Positions 17,861 to 27,526 of a stretch of DNA of 64,000 nt are shown here, piece after piece (within the stretch, counting starts at the first letter, position 1; every line of letters starts with the position of its first letter). Made by a program: the position numbers and the translations under genes. The notes under the pieces were generated by a model. That model worked only from the letters and a program-made list of their open reading frames with translations, did no database searches and was not told the origin of the DNA. The DNA is from Clostridia bacterium (GTDB taxonomy: Bacteria; Bacillota; Clostridia; Oscillospirales; CAG-382), in assembly GCA_017563195.1 (NCBI GenBank), contig JAFXDO010000048.1, forward strand, positions 1,876-65,875, read 5' to 3'.

Positions 17861-19276
17861 ATGAAAGGGCTTTGGATCAGACTTGTTACAATCATCATAA
17901 CGGCTTGTCTGCTGATCCCGATACCCGTCGTCTCTGCCGAGAACGACGCCGTAAGCATCACGATGAGCTGTGTGGGAAGCCCCTACGCAGGCGGTGAGAT
18001 CGCGCTCAGGGTCACCGTACGGAAGCCTGTATCCGCGCTTGCGGGAATCGAGTTTGTTCTTTCCTACGACCCCGACTCCGTAACACCTACGGTGACGAAA
18101 AGCACCGAGGACGGCGGAGAAATGGACGTGCTTATAAAAACTGCGCCCAAGGGCTGGGAGCAGATGAGCTATCACAGCGAGGGCTACTACCATTTCCGTT
18201 TTGCAATGCCCGATACCGGTGACGAATATCTCGATGCCGACGGCGAGCTCGTGTTGGAGATCCCGTTTGCCGTCGACAAGGCGGGCGAGTTCCTTTTTGA
18301 AATCGCCGATTCCGACGTTATCGCCATCGCGGCAAGCGATCTGACGCCGATGACGGGAAAGGGCGCATCGCTCTCCGTGGTTGCCGCAAGCGAGGCGCAA
18401 AAGCTTGCAATCGGCATATCGAGCGGCGAGATCGCGTACGAGGGCTCGCTTTACTACCTCAAGCTTGACGCGACCAATCTCGGCGACGAAAACGGCATCA
18501 TCGGGCTTGAATTCGATCTCTTTTACGACAAATCGAGCTTTGCCCCGACCGTGACAGACAACAAATCCGAGCAGATGAATTCATTTATGAAGTCGATGCC
18601 GAAGGACTCCTGGGAGCAGATGTGCTCACTCGACGCAGACAAGGGCTGCTACACGATAAGGCTTGCCGCTCTGCACGCCGAGTCGCTTACCGAATGCGAA
18701 TCGCTCGTTTCGGGAAGCAGGCTGACGCTTTCCATTCCCTTCCGCGTCATCGCAAGCGAGGGCAGTATCGCCGATTTTTACGTTGATGCTTCGTCGGTGA
18801 TCGCGTTAAACGGCAATAACAAGATCGTTTCGGGAAGCGGCAGCGCGATTTCGGTCTCGATCGAAAAGGCGACCGAATCGATGATCCCCGAGCATCTCGG
18901 ATACGAGATCAAGGGCAACTACCTGCTAAACGTTTCGGAGCTCACCGAAGTTGCGGAGTTTCTCGCGCCCCTCAGCTCCTACCGACTGACCGACAGCGAC
19001 GGCAATATGGTCATGGGCGGATACGTCTGCACGGGATACGTACTGACCGACGGCGAAACGGCGCTTACCGTCATCGTTCGCGGCGACGGAGACAGATCGG
19101 GCACGGTAGACACCTACGACTACGTGCTCGCGAGACGCGTATATTTCGCAACCTTTTCTCCTTCTCCCGAGCAGCTGCTTGCATTGGCGCTGACAAACGG
19201 CACGAGCGTGACCACCTACGACTATATTCTCATCAGACGCCATTTCTTCGGAACTGTCGATCTGAACAAGGTATAA
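17861..19276 (+). CDS. Secreted protein with two cohesin-like modules and a C-terminal dockerin-like module
   Basis: Signal peptide ending VVSA-EN. There are two modules of about 150 aa with G-x-I-x-L-x-V...GIEFxLxYD (cohesin-like). The C-terminus GDGDRSGTVDTYDYVLARRVYF...NGTSVTTYDYILIRRHFFG resembles a duplicated dockerin Ca-binding repeat whose second copy is degenerate. Confidence 0.5.
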   Translation: MKGLWIRLVTIIITACLLIPIPVVSAENDAVSITMSCVGSPYAGGEIALRVTVRKPVSALAGIEFVLSYDPDSVTPTVTKSTEDGGEMDVLIKTAPKGWEQMSYHSEGYYHFRFAMPDTGDEYLDADGELVLEIPFAVDKAGEFLFEIADSDVIAIAASDLTPMTGKGASLSVVAASEAQKLAIGISSGEIAYEGSLYYLKLDATNLGDENGIIGLEFDLFYDKSSFAPTVTDNKSEQMNSFMKSMPKDSWEQMCSLDADKGCYTIRLAALHAESLTECESLVSGSRLTLSIPFRVIASEGSIADFYVDASSVIALNGNNKIVSGSGSAISVSIEKATESMIPEHLGYEIKGNYLLNVSELTEVAEFLAPLSSYRLTDSDGNMVMGGYVCTGYVLTDGETALTVIVRGDGDRSGTVDTYDYVLARRVYFATFSPSPEQLLALALTNGTSVTTYDYILIRRHFFGTVDLNKV

Positions 19277-19279
19277 GCA

Positions 19280-19726
19280 ATGAAAAAGACAGTAATACTT
19301 TTACTTGTGCTCGCACTGACGCTTTCCTTCACCGCCTGCACAAGAGATATTGAGCAAGCCGACGGCATTGCCAAGGAATTCGTCACAGCCTTCCTCGCGC
19401 GTGACGAGGAGGGGATGAAAAAGCACATTCATCCCGACTATCTTGATTCGGCTTTGCCCGATGACGAGTTTTATTCGGCGCTTGAAAAGCAGCATTTAAG
19501 CTTCGAAAGCGGCTTGACCGAGCTTTACGTCGTCGGCAAGACCGACTACAAGGAGATTCGCAACGCCCTCAAATGCAGCTACGTTGCAAGGGTGAACGAG
19601 CTGTTTTACAGCGTCGAGCTTATAATCGTCGACGATAAAAACGGCACGGGTGTTGCTTCCTTCGCGATGGTTTTCAACAACAACCCCGACTATTACTATA
19701 ACGAATACCTGGAGACCGGTAAATGA
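19280..19726 (+). CDS. Small lipoprotein, unknown function
   Basis: Lipobox LSFTAC. Tightly spaced within the 17861-21659 gene string. Confidence 0.55.
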   Translation: MKKTVILLLVLALTLSFTACTRDIEQADGIAKEFVTAFLARDEEGMKKHIHPDYLDSALPDDEFYSALEKQHLSFESGLTELYVVGKTDYKEIRNALKCSYVARVNELFYSVELIIVDDKNGTGVASFAMVFNNNPDYYYNEYLETGK

Positions 19727-20595
19727 CGAAAAGGATACCTGCCAAGATCAAAAATTTCATAATGGTAACGATAGGCAGTATCATGTACGCTATCGGCATC
19801 TCGCTGTTTCTCGACCCTGCGAACCTTGCGTCGGGCGGCGTTTCGGGTATCGCGATAATTATCACCAGTATAACCGACGTGCTCCCCACCGGTACGTGGA
19901 TCATTATAATCAATATACCCATAATGATCGCGGGCGTATGGAAGCTCGGCGCAAAGATACTGCTTCCCACCTTTTACGCGCTTGCGATAAGCTCGGGCAC
20001 GATGACGCTGCTTGAAATGTTCAACGTCCCGCCCGTAACGAACGATACCCTGCTCGCCTGCGCGGGCGGTGCCGTAGTCGCGTCTGCGGGCATCGGCTTG
20101 GTGTTCCGCGGCGGTGCAACCACTGCGGGAACCGACATTATCGTCAAGCTTTTAAGGCTCAAGTTCAGGCATATTTCCACCGGTGCCATATTCCTCTTCA
20201 CCGACGGTATGGTCTGCCTTGCTTCGGGCATTGCATTCAACGACATCAACAAGGCGCTCTTTGCCGGTATCGCGGTATTCATCCAGATGAACGTCCTCAA
20301 TATGGTGCTTTACGGCTCCGACGAGGCGAGAATGGTCTATATCATCAGTGAGCGCGACGATATTATCGCACAGCGTCTTCTGAACGAGATCGACGCAGGC
20401 GCAACCTTCCTTCACGGCAACGGTGCGTACACCGGAAAGGACCGCAAGGTTCTGATGTGCGTGCTCAAAATGCGCTCACTTCCGCAGGCGCGCGAGATAG
20501 TAAGGCAAGAAGACAGCGACGCGTTTATGATAGTCACCAAGGCGACGAGCGTCTTCGGTGAGGGCTTCAAGAGTCACGTCGAGGACGACCTATGA
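19723..20595 (+). CDS. YitT-family membrane protein (DUF2179 C-terminal domain)
   Basis: Polytopic N-domain with GGVSGIAII and GGATTAGTDI motifs, plus a soluble C-terminal domain. The start overlaps the upstream stop (ATGA). Confidence 0.8.
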   Translation: MTKRIPAKIKNFIMVTIGSIMYAIGISLFLDPANLASGGVSGIAIIITSITDVLPTGTWIIIINIPIMIAGVWKLGAKILLPTFYALAISSGTMTLLEMFNVPPVTNDTLLACAGGAVVASAGIGLVFRGGATTAGTDIIVKLLRLKFRHISTGAIFLFTDGMVCLASGIAFNDINKALFAGIAVFIQMNVLNMVLYGSDEARMVYIISERDDIIAQRLLNEIDAGATFLHGNGAYTGKDRKVLMCVLKMRSLPQAREIVRQEDSDAFMIVTKATSVFGEGFKSHVEDDL

Positions 20596-21659
20596 TATAC
20601 GAGATCATTGAGCCGCTTATCCCGTATACAGAAGCGCTCAAGAGCGAAACGCGACCCATTCTGCTTTACGGAATGGGCAACGGCGCAGAAAAAATATATT
20701 CTCACCTGCTAAAAAACGGTATAGAGATCAAGGGAGTCGTCGCATCCGACGGCTTCGTGCGGGACCAACAGTTTTTGGGCTTTACAGTAAAAAGCATTTC
20801 GGAGTACGCGTCGGTATACGGCGAGCTTTGCCTTGTGCTCTGCTTCGGGCTTGAGGGCGAAAAATCGCATTTTTTGAGCGAGCTTGCAGAAAAGCACACT
20901 CTCATCTCCCCTAACCTGCCCGTCTTCGGCGACGGTGTCTTCGACAAGGCTTATATGCTCGAAAACGCAGAAAAGCTCGAAAGGCTTTACAGTATCCTCG
21001 AGGACGATATTTCAAAGGAATTATTTGTGCGCCTGCTCAAATATAATATTACGGGCGACATCGGATATATTATCGGAAACGAATTTGGCGTTGCCCCCGC
21101 GGAATTCTTCCGTCACGACGCCCGTCACATCGACGTCGGCGCATACGACGGCGACACGGTTGCGGAATTCATCGGCAAAAGCAACAGCTTCAGCGACGTT
21201 GTAGCTTTCGAGCCCGACGAAACGACCTACAAAAAGCTTTGTGCCAACACAAGCGGCGTGCGCGACTGCATCTGCGTCAACGCGGCTGTGGGCAGAATGC
21301 GCGGCGAAATATCCTTTGCCTCGGGAGGCGGACGCGCATCGCATTGCGGCGAGGGCGGAAGCGGCACCGAAATGCGCGGGATCGACGAATTCTGCGGATT
21401 CACCCACATTAATGCGGAGGGTGTAGCGGTCGGAAGCATAAAGATCGACGCGGAGGGCATGGACGAAGAGGTCCTTTACGGCGCAGTCAACACGATATAT
21501 TGCTGCAAGCCCAACCTCGCAGTAGCGCTTTACCACCGCGCCTACGACCTGCTCGAGCTTCCCCTGCTAATACGAAAGCACAACCCGAAATACAAATTTT
21601 ATCTACGAAAGCTCGAATACGTCCCTGCTTGGGACATATTCCTGTATGCAATCAGATAG
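20592..21659 (+). CDS. FkbM-family methyltransferase
   Basis: C-terminal half HIDVGAYDGDTVAEF...AFEPDETTYKKL...IKIDAEGMDEEVL matches the FkbM motif pattern. Overlapping ATGA start. Confidence 0.7.
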   Translation: MIYEIIEPLIPYTEALKSETRPILLYGMGNGAEKIYSHLLKNGIEIKGVVASDGFVRDQQFLGFTVKSISEYASVYGELCLVLCFGLEGEKSHFLSELAEKHTLISPNLPVFGDGVFDKAYMLENAEKLERLYSILEDDISKELFVRLLKYNITGDIGYIIGNEFGVAPAEFFRHDARHIDVGAYDGDTVAEFIGKSNSFSDVVAFEPDETTYKKLCANTSGVRDCICVNAAVGRMRGEISFASGGGRASHCGEGGSGTEMRGIDEFCGFTHINAEGVAVGSIKIDAEGMDEEVLYGAVNTIYCCKPNLAVALYHRAYDLLELPLLIRKHNPKYKFYLRKLEYVPAWDIFLYAIR

Positions 21660-21670
21660 AGGAGCATTTT

Positions 21671-22174
21671 ATGTCATTCAAACAAATCGATATCAACACG
21701 CTTAACACCGAGGTGTTCAACGACATCGGCAAAAAATGGATGCTTATCAGCGCCGAAAAGCCCGACGGAGGCATCAACACGATGACGGCATCGTGGGGCG
21801 GACTCGGCGTGCTTTGGAACAAAAACGTATTTTTCTGCTTCATCCGTCCTCAGCGCTACACGCACGAGTTCACCGAGGCAAGCGACAAAATATCGCTCTC
21901 CTTCTTCTCCGAGGAATACCGCGACGCGCTGACGGTTTGCGGAAGAAAGAGCGGCAGAGACTGCGACAAGATAGCTCTTGCGGGACTCACCCCGATATCC
22001 GAAGACGGCAACGTCGGCTTTGCCGAGGCGGAGCGCATCATATACGGAAGGAAGATCTATGCGGGCAAGCTTGACCCGAGCTGCTTCATTTCGGACGATA
22101 TCGAAAAGCATTACAACAACGATTACCACACGGTCTATATTTGCGAAATAGAAAAAATCGTAGAAAAGGAATAA
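21671..22174 (+). CDS. Flavin reductase-like (FMN-binding split-barrel) protein
   Basis: GAGGAG RBS before ATG 21671; the track ORF starting at 21500 overlaps the previous gene. NTMTASWGGLG motif. Confidence 0.65.
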   Translation: MSFKQIDINTLNTEVFNDIGKKWMLISAEKPDGGINTMTASWGGLGVLWNKNVFFCFIRPQRYTHEFTEASDKISLSFFSEEYRDALTVCGRKSGRDCDKIALAGLTPISEDGNVGFAEAERIIYGRKIYAGKLDPSCFISDDIEKHYNNDYHTVYICEIEKIVEKE

Positions 22175-22178
22175 TAAA

Positions 22179-23462
22179 ATGCAGGTAAGCGGACTTATAA
22201 AAGCAATCAACGAAGGCGCATTCGACAAATCGATAGCCTCGCTTTATCCCGAAAAGGATATTCTCAACAGACGCGAGCGCATCATCACCCTCGCAAACAA
22301 CTTTTCAGAGCTTTACGGCGATATGGAGGTCACACTCTTCTCGGTTCCCGGAAGGACCGAGCTTTCGGGTAACCACACCGACCACAACAACGGCCGCGTG
22401 CTTGCCGCATCCGTCGACATCGACATTATTGCCATCGCAGCAAAGGTCGACAGCAACGAGGTTCGCATCAAGTCGGTTGGATATCGCGAGGACAACGTCG
22501 ACATTTCGTCGCCCTCGCCCGAAAACGTACGCAAGGGCAGCTCGTCCGCGATAATTGCGGGCATCGCCGATTATTTCAACAAGAACGGCTACGCAAGCGG
22601 CGGCTTTTACGCATATACGACAAGTGACGTTATGACCGGCTCGGGGCTTTCCTCCTCCGCCGCGTTTGAGGTTATGTGTGCGAGGATCTTCTCCGAGTTT
22701 TATAACGGCGGAAGAGTCAGCGCGATGGAGCTTGCAAAGGCAGGCAAATACGCCGAAAACGAATACTTCGGCAAGCCCTGCGGACTTATGGACCAGGCGG
22801 CGTGCGCCTCGGGCGGATGCCTTTGGATGGACTTCGAAAACAGCCTCGACCCCAAAACCGAAAAAATAGACTTTGATATCACCAAATACGGCTACAGCCT
22901 CTGCATCGTAAACACCGGCGGCAACCACGCCGACCTTACCGACGACTATGCGTCTGTTCCCGCAGAAATGCACTCCATCGCCGCACTTATGGGCAAGCAA
23001 ACGCTTCGCGCCTGCGACGAGGACGATTTTATGGGCAGGATTTCCTACATGCGTTCCATCGTCGGCGACAGAGCAATTATGCGCGCGATGCACTATTTTG
23101 CCGAAAACCGCAGAGTCGACAAGCAAAAGGCTGCGCTTGTTTCGGGCAACATCGACGAGTATTTCGCTCTTGTCAAGCAGTCGGGTGACTCCTCGTTCAA
23201 GTTCCTCCAGAACGTCTACACCAACCGTAACGTTGAGGAGCAGGGCATCTCGCTCGCCTTGGCTATAACCGAACGCTTCGGCGCGACCTGCCGCGTACAC
23301 GGCGGCGGCTTTGCCGGCACGATACAGGCGTACGTTAAAAACGACGAGGTTGCAGCTTACAAGTCGGCTATCGAAGCGGTATTCGGCGAAGGCGCCTGCA
23401 ACGTATACACCATCCGTCCCTACGGCGCAGCCGTTGTTACCGAAAACGAAATCAAGGGTTAA
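22179..23462 (+). CDS. galK: Galactokinase-family GHMP kinase
   Basis: GRTELSGNHTDHNNGRVLAASVD (galactokinase signature variant) and GHMP ATP motif GSGLSSSAAFEV. Confidence 0.75.
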   Translation: MQVSGLIKAINEGAFDKSIASLYPEKDILNRRERIITLANNFSELYGDMEVTLFSVPGRTELSGNHTDHNNGRVLAASVDIDIIAIAAKVDSNEVRIKSVGYREDNVDISSPSPENVRKGSSSAIIAGIADYFNKNGYASGGFYAYTTSDVMTGSGLSSSAAFEVMCARIFSEFYNGGRVSAMELAKAGKYAENEYFGKPCGLMDQAACASGGCLWMDFENSLDPKTEKIDFDITKYGYSLCIVNTGGNHADLTDDYASVPAEMHSIAALMGKQTLRACDEDDFMGRISYMRSIVGDRAIMRAMHYFAENRRVDKQKAALVSGNIDEYFALVKQSGDSSFKFLQNVYTNRNVEEQGISLALAITERFGATCRVHGGGFAGTIQAYVKNDEVAAYKSAIEAVFGEGACNVYTIRPYGAAVVTENEIKG

Positions 23463-23470
23463 GCTTTTAA

Positions 23471-24268
23471 ATGTCTGAAGCCAAAATATACACTCTGTTT
23501 TCCTCCTCAAAGGGAAACTGCTGCTACATTAAATACGGCCGCGATGAAATACTTATCGACTGCGGTGTATCGGCGCGCTCGATAGAGCAGATGCTCAAGA
23601 GCCTCGGTACGAGCCTTTGCAATATGAACGCTATCCTCATCACGCACGAGCACAGCGACCATATACGTGGGCTGAACACGATCACCAAGTATTTCGATAT
23701 TCCCATATACGCGCCCGACAAGTGTCTCGATTACATAGCCTGCCAGATGGCGTGCAATGCTGAGCCTCGCGAGCTGAAGAGCAACGACGCGCTTGAGCTT
23801 CGCGATCTTGCGATATGCCCCATCGCCACTCCGCACGACGCACGCGGAAGCGTTGGATTCCGTATCCGCGCGGGCGAGGAAAAGATAGGCTATTTTACCG
23901 ACATCGGACACCTTTCCGAGGGCGTGCTTCGCGGGCTTTCGGGCTGCAGACGCGTGGTCATCGAATCGAATCACGACGTTGAAATGCTCAAAAACGGCAG
24001 ATATCCCTATGCGTTAAAGCGCCGTATACTCGGCGAGCTCGGGCATCTTTCCAACGAACGGTGCGCACAGCTGCTTCCCCACCTTGTCAACCACGGAAGC
24101 ACTTCGTTTATGCTCGCGCATCTGAGCGAGGAAAACAACACCCCCGAAATCGCATTTAACGAAAGTCTCGTTTCGCTTCACGGTCACGGGATCGAGGTAA
24201 ACAGCGACAAATTGGACGCTGTCCGTCTGCAAACGGCGGCGGTGTGCGGGATATGTGAATTGAAGTGA
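23471..24268 (+). CDS. MBL-fold metallo-hydrolase
   Basis: HEHSDH zinc motif, followed by conserved H and D residues. Confidence 0.8.
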   Translation: MSEAKIYTLFSSSKGNCCYIKYGRDEILIDCGVSARSIEQMLKSLGTSLCNMNAILITHEHSDHIRGLNTITKYFDIPIYAPDKCLDYIACQMACNAEPRELKSNDALELRDLAICPIATPHDARGSVGFRIRAGEEKIGYFTDIGHLSEGVLRGLSGCRRVVIESNHDVEMLKNGRYPYALKRRILGELGHLSNERCAQLLPHLVNHGSTSFMLAHLSEENNTPEIAFNESLVSLHGHGIEVNSDKLDAVRLQTAAVCGICELK

Positions 24269-24270
24269 CA

Positions 24271-24296
24271 AAAAGAGCCTTAACAGGCTCTTTTTT
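24271..24296 (+). terminator. Rho-independent terminator
   Basis: Stem agagcct / aggctct with loop taac, followed by a T6 run. Confidence 0.8.
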
Positions 24297-24318
24297 GTGC
24301 CGCTTATTCAACTGTCGG

Positions 24319-24347
24319 TTGACAGCTTCGCGAAAAAGATATATAAT
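24319..24347 (+). promoter_or_regulatory. Consensus sigma-A promoter of 24384..25898
   Basis: TTGACA, 17 nt, TATAAT. Confidence 0.7.
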
Positions 24348-24383
24348 ATTGTGTAGGAAAAAGCATTGGAAAAGAGGTATTTT

Positions 24384-25898
24384 ATGCTCAGAAGAATCTC
24401 GGCTTTGTTGCTTTGCACGTTACTTTGCATCTCGACCTTGCTTCTCGTTTCCTGTAACAAGGATGGCGGCGAGGGCAGCAATTCGGGAATCAAAGAATTC
24501 GGCTCGGCAAGCGACAAGGGCTTTTTGAACGAACAGATCGACTGGCAGGGTGAAACCATCACCGTCCTCGGCTATAACGGCGAGTTCTCGTATCACTCGA
24601 TTCAGATCGCCACCGAGGAGCAGACCGGCGAGGCTTTGAACGACGCGTTTTACGAAAGAAACGCAAAGATAGAAGAGCTTTTCAACCTCAACATCAAGGT
24701 TGAGCTTCCCGGCACCGGCGAGGACACCGGCGTTATGATAAAGAACGCGGTTCTCGGCAACTCCGCAGACTACGATGCGGTCGTCGCACCCCTGTACATA
24801 TTGGGTCTTTATCTCCCCGAGGATATCTTCCTCGACTTCAACTCGATCGAAAACGATTACCTCCACCTCGACGAGGCTTGGTGGGATCAGGAGCTTCAGA
24901 AGCAGGTTGCGGTCAACGGAAGCGTTTACTTCATCGCAGGTGACGCACTTATCGAGGACGACGAGGCGACCTGGGCAATGTTCTTTAACAAGGATATGTA
25001 CAACTCGAACGCTAACCTCGCGGAGCGCGGAAGCATTTACGACATCGTCAAGAACGGCGAATGGACCCTTGACGTTATGTACGAAATGATCAGCGACGTT
25101 GAGTACTCGACGGGCGAGCAGAAGGTATGGCATCCCGACTCCGAGGACAAGTGGGGTATGGTAACTCAGATGCTCGACTTCTATCTCTTCATGCAGGGCT
25201 GCGGTCAGACTATGATCGACAACACCGGTGACGTTCCCGAGCTTCGCGGCGGCACCGAGGAAAACATCAACACCTTCTATGACGTAGCCGCCGTGCTTCT
25301 CGATGAGGAAAACGTCGGCTGTGCGGAGCTTCACGTAAGCTGGAACGACGGTCACCCCTACCAGATGAAGCGCCAGATATTCGGTAACGGCAACGCGCTC
25401 TTTATGCCGAACCAGCTCGCGGTCATCGGTCAGTCGGAAATAAGCGAGGCGGAGATCAACTACGGTTTGCTCCCCATGCCCAAGAAGAATGAGAATCAGG
25501 AGTACTACACCTCGGGCGTCGAGGTATATCACTACTCTGCAATCGCACTTCCCGCGACTGCACAGGGCAAAAAGCTTGAGGCTACCTGCTATGCACTCGA
25601 GGCGATGGCGTACTACGGAAACCAGATCGTCAACGACGACTACTACGAAAGAACTCTTACCTACAGACGCTTCAAGGACGATGAATCGGGCGATATGCTC
25701 GAGCTTATCCTCAGCAACAAGACCTATGATATGGGCGCGATCTTTAACTTCAAGGGCGGCGAGGGCATGCACGGCACGCTCGGCTTCTACACCGACCTTT
25801 ACATCGAAAAGAGAACCGACATCGTTTCTCACTGGGAAAGCGTAGTCAACTCGTATCAGACCGGCATCAACAAATTCGTTGAGCAATGTAATTCCTAA
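24384..25898 (+). CDS. Extracellular solute-binding lipoprotein, orphan (third paralog)
   Basis: AAGAGG RBS before ATG 24384. Lipobox LLLVSC. Same overall architecture as 9995..11536, but more divergent. Confidence 0.75.
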   Translation: MLRRISALLLCTLLCISTLLLVSCNKDGGEGSNSGIKEFGSASDKGFLNEQIDWQGETITVLGYNGEFSYHSIQIATEEQTGEALNDAFYERNAKIEELFNLNIKVELPGTGEDTGVMIKNAVLGNSADYDAVVAPLYILGLYLPEDIFLDFNSIENDYLHLDEAWWDQELQKQVAVNGSVYFIAGDALIEDDEATWAMFFNKDMYNSNANLAERGSIYDIVKNGEWTLDVMYEMISDVEYSTGEQKVWHPDSEDKWGMVTQMLDFYLFMQGCGQTMIDNTGDVPELRGGTEENINTFYDVAAVLLDEENVGCAELHVSWNDGHPYQMKRQIFGNGNALFMPNQLAVIGQSEISEAEINYGLLPMPKKNENQEYYTSGVEVYHYSAIALPATAQGKKLEATCYALEAMAYYGNQIVNDDYYERTLTYRRFKDDESGDMLELILSNKTYDMGAIFNFKGGEGMHGTLGFYTDLYIEKRTDIVSHWESVVNSYQTGINKFVEQCNS

Positions 25899-25920
25899 AC
25901 AGACTCTTTAAATGCAAATA

Positions 25921-25975
25921 CGGCACACAGTCGAGCAAGCCTTACGGGCAATGCGTCACGGTGTGCCGTTTTTTT
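25921..25975. terminator. Bidirectional terminator closing the SipW/TasA-like operon and the SBP gene
   Basis: Arms cggcacac / gtgtgccg enclose a structured ~32-nt loop. T7 run on the + strand and a moderately U-rich tail on the - strand. Confidence 0.65.
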
Positions 25976-25980
25976 ATATC

Positions 25981-27408
25981 TTAATATTCAGCGGGCATTC
26001 TCTTTGCAACCGCAAGGAGAACCGCTCCGATCAACGCCATCGTCGCCATCGCGATATAGAAGCCGATCATACTCTTGTCGCCCGGCTCTATAGGCTCTTC
26101 AACGACGTGATATACGTTGGTAAATTCGAACACGCTGTCCTCAGCCGCTTCGCCGTTAACGGTTATATCGGCTACGAGTGTGTTATCGACAACGTCTACC
26201 GAAATGACGATCTCATACACGGTGTCGCTGTAGGTCACGCCGACAACATTGCCCTTCTTTTCGCTCAGCTTATAGCTGTACTCGCCGATATCCTCGTGGG
26301 TGAACACGATATCGAGCTTTGCCGCACCGTTTTTATCGGTCACAAGCTCAAGTGTTTCGCCGCTTTCGACGCTTTCAAGGAGGAACACGAAGCCCTCGGG
26401 TCCGATTTCCTTATCGCCCGTATTGTTGACGGTCTTATCGACAGTCACCGTGACGCTGATGTCCTCGGGGTCGGGAACGAAGGTGTTATTGAAGACAACG
26501 TAAAGCTCGTATATATCGTTTTCCTCGTCGTAAGCCGAGGTGACGTTCTGCTTTGCCTCGACCGAAGCGATTTCAAGCTTGCCGTCCATATCGTCATCGC
26601 TTACGCTTATAGCGAAGTAGTTAACCGTCTTGTCGTAATCGACGTTTTCGAGATCCCCCTCGATTTCCGAGATCCTGAAGCTGTAATCGCCGATGTTGCC
26701 GAATTCAAATTCCTGCAGAGCAGCGCTGAGGTTAAATTTGTTATAATCGGCATTTGCGGCATCATACTCAACCTTTGCCGTAGCGAGCTCTGTCCATTCA
26801 CCGTCTACGCTTGCTTCAAGCAGGAATTCGAAGAAGTCGCCCTCTGCCCAGTCTCTGCCCTCGAGCTGCTTTTCGCCCTCAAGGAAGACGTTGTCGAGAG
26901 TGAGCGTCGAAGGAGTGTAAACGTTTATAAAATCAGCCCTTGCGCCGCCGTCGGGAAGGATACTGAGCGTCTGAGTCGACTCGATGCCCTCTTTCAGTGC
27001 AAAGCCGTTGCGCGTCGTGATTTCGGTTACCTTTACCTCGGTGCCCTCTACTATGCCGTCTATTCCGATAGCGCTGTTCGCTGCAAGAGTGACGACGAAG
27101 CTGCCGTCCGAGTCGCACTGTACGACGCCCTTGTCGGTCAAAAGCGTCGTGCCGGAGTAAGCGCTTCCGAGCTCGACCTTGAAGTCAAAGGTAATATCGG
27201 CGGGAATAACGTAATCGTCGCCGTAAGGATGCTCGACGGTTTTGCTGATAACGAGACTGCTTACCGGACTTTTCGTTGGATTGAATATATTTACGATAGA
27301 ATCGGTCTGCGTGACGATAAACGCAAGCGTCGACTGCACTGCAGAGCTGATTATCAGCACGAGTGCAAGTATCATCATTATGCTTTTCTTGCTTCTGATC
27401 CTGTTCAA
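25981..27408 (-). CDS. Pilin-isopeptide-repeat surface protein with SipW-type N-terminal signal and C-terminal membrane anchor
   Basis: TTG start with an AAAGGAG RBS 9 nt upstream. The N-terminus SSAVQSTLAFIVTQTDSIVNIFNP resembles the signals of the upstream genes. The body has one Cna-B-like repeat and two Spy0128/TIGR03786-like repeats (LEGEKQLEGRDWAEGDFFEFLLEA; GPEGFVFLLES...GEYSYKLSEKKGNVVGVTYSDTVYEIVISV...FTNVY). The C-terminus is PGDKS, then a 22-aa hydrophobic helix, then a KR tail. No LPXTG. Confidence 0.6.
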   Translation of the reverse strand: MNRIRSKKSIMMILALVLIISSAVQSTLAFIVTQTDSIVNIFNPTKSPVSSLVISKTVEHPYGDDYVIPADITFDFKVELGSAYSGTTLLTDKGVVQCDSDGSFVVTLAANSAIGIDGIVEGTEVKVTEITTRNGFALKEGIESTQTLSILPDGGARADFINVYTPSTLTLDNVFLEGEKQLEGRDWAEGDFFEFLLEASVDGEWTELATAKVEYDAANADYNKFNLSAALQEFEFGNIGDYSFRISEIEGDLENVDYDKTVNYFAISVSDDDMDGKLEIASVEAKQNVTSAYDEENDIYELYVVFNNTFVPDPEDISVTVTVDKTVNNTGDKEIGPEGFVFLLESVESGETLELVTDKNGAAKLDIVFTHEDIGEYSYKLSEKKGNVVGVTYSDTVYEIVISVDVVDNTLVADITVNGEAAEDSVFEFTNVYHVVEEPIEPGDKSMIGFYIAMATMALIGAVLLAVAKRMPAEY

Positions 27409-27435
27409 AATCGCCTGCTCCTTTCAAGATATTTT

Positions 27436-27497
27436 CGGTGTTCAAGAGATACAAAGCGCGTTTATATCCCTTGAACACCGCCCCTCTTAACGAGGGG
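27436..27497 (-). promoter_or_regulatory. Two-hairpin intercistronic element, copy D
   Basis: Minus-strand RNA: cccctc-gttaa-gagggg, then cggtgttcaag...cttgaacaccg (an 11-bp outer stem plus an 8-bp inner stem). It ends 27 nt before the TTG start at 27408. Confidence 0.6.
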
Positions 27498-27526
27498 TGG
27501 CGGATAGAATCGTCAAATCGAAATGA

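Noticed and set aside
25981-26100. Reading IEPGDKS as a genuine sortase LPXTG-type motif.
   Set aside because: It shares only the P and G with LPXTG, and no sortase gene is in the window. I keep it as an open question in the findings rather than calling it a sorting signal.
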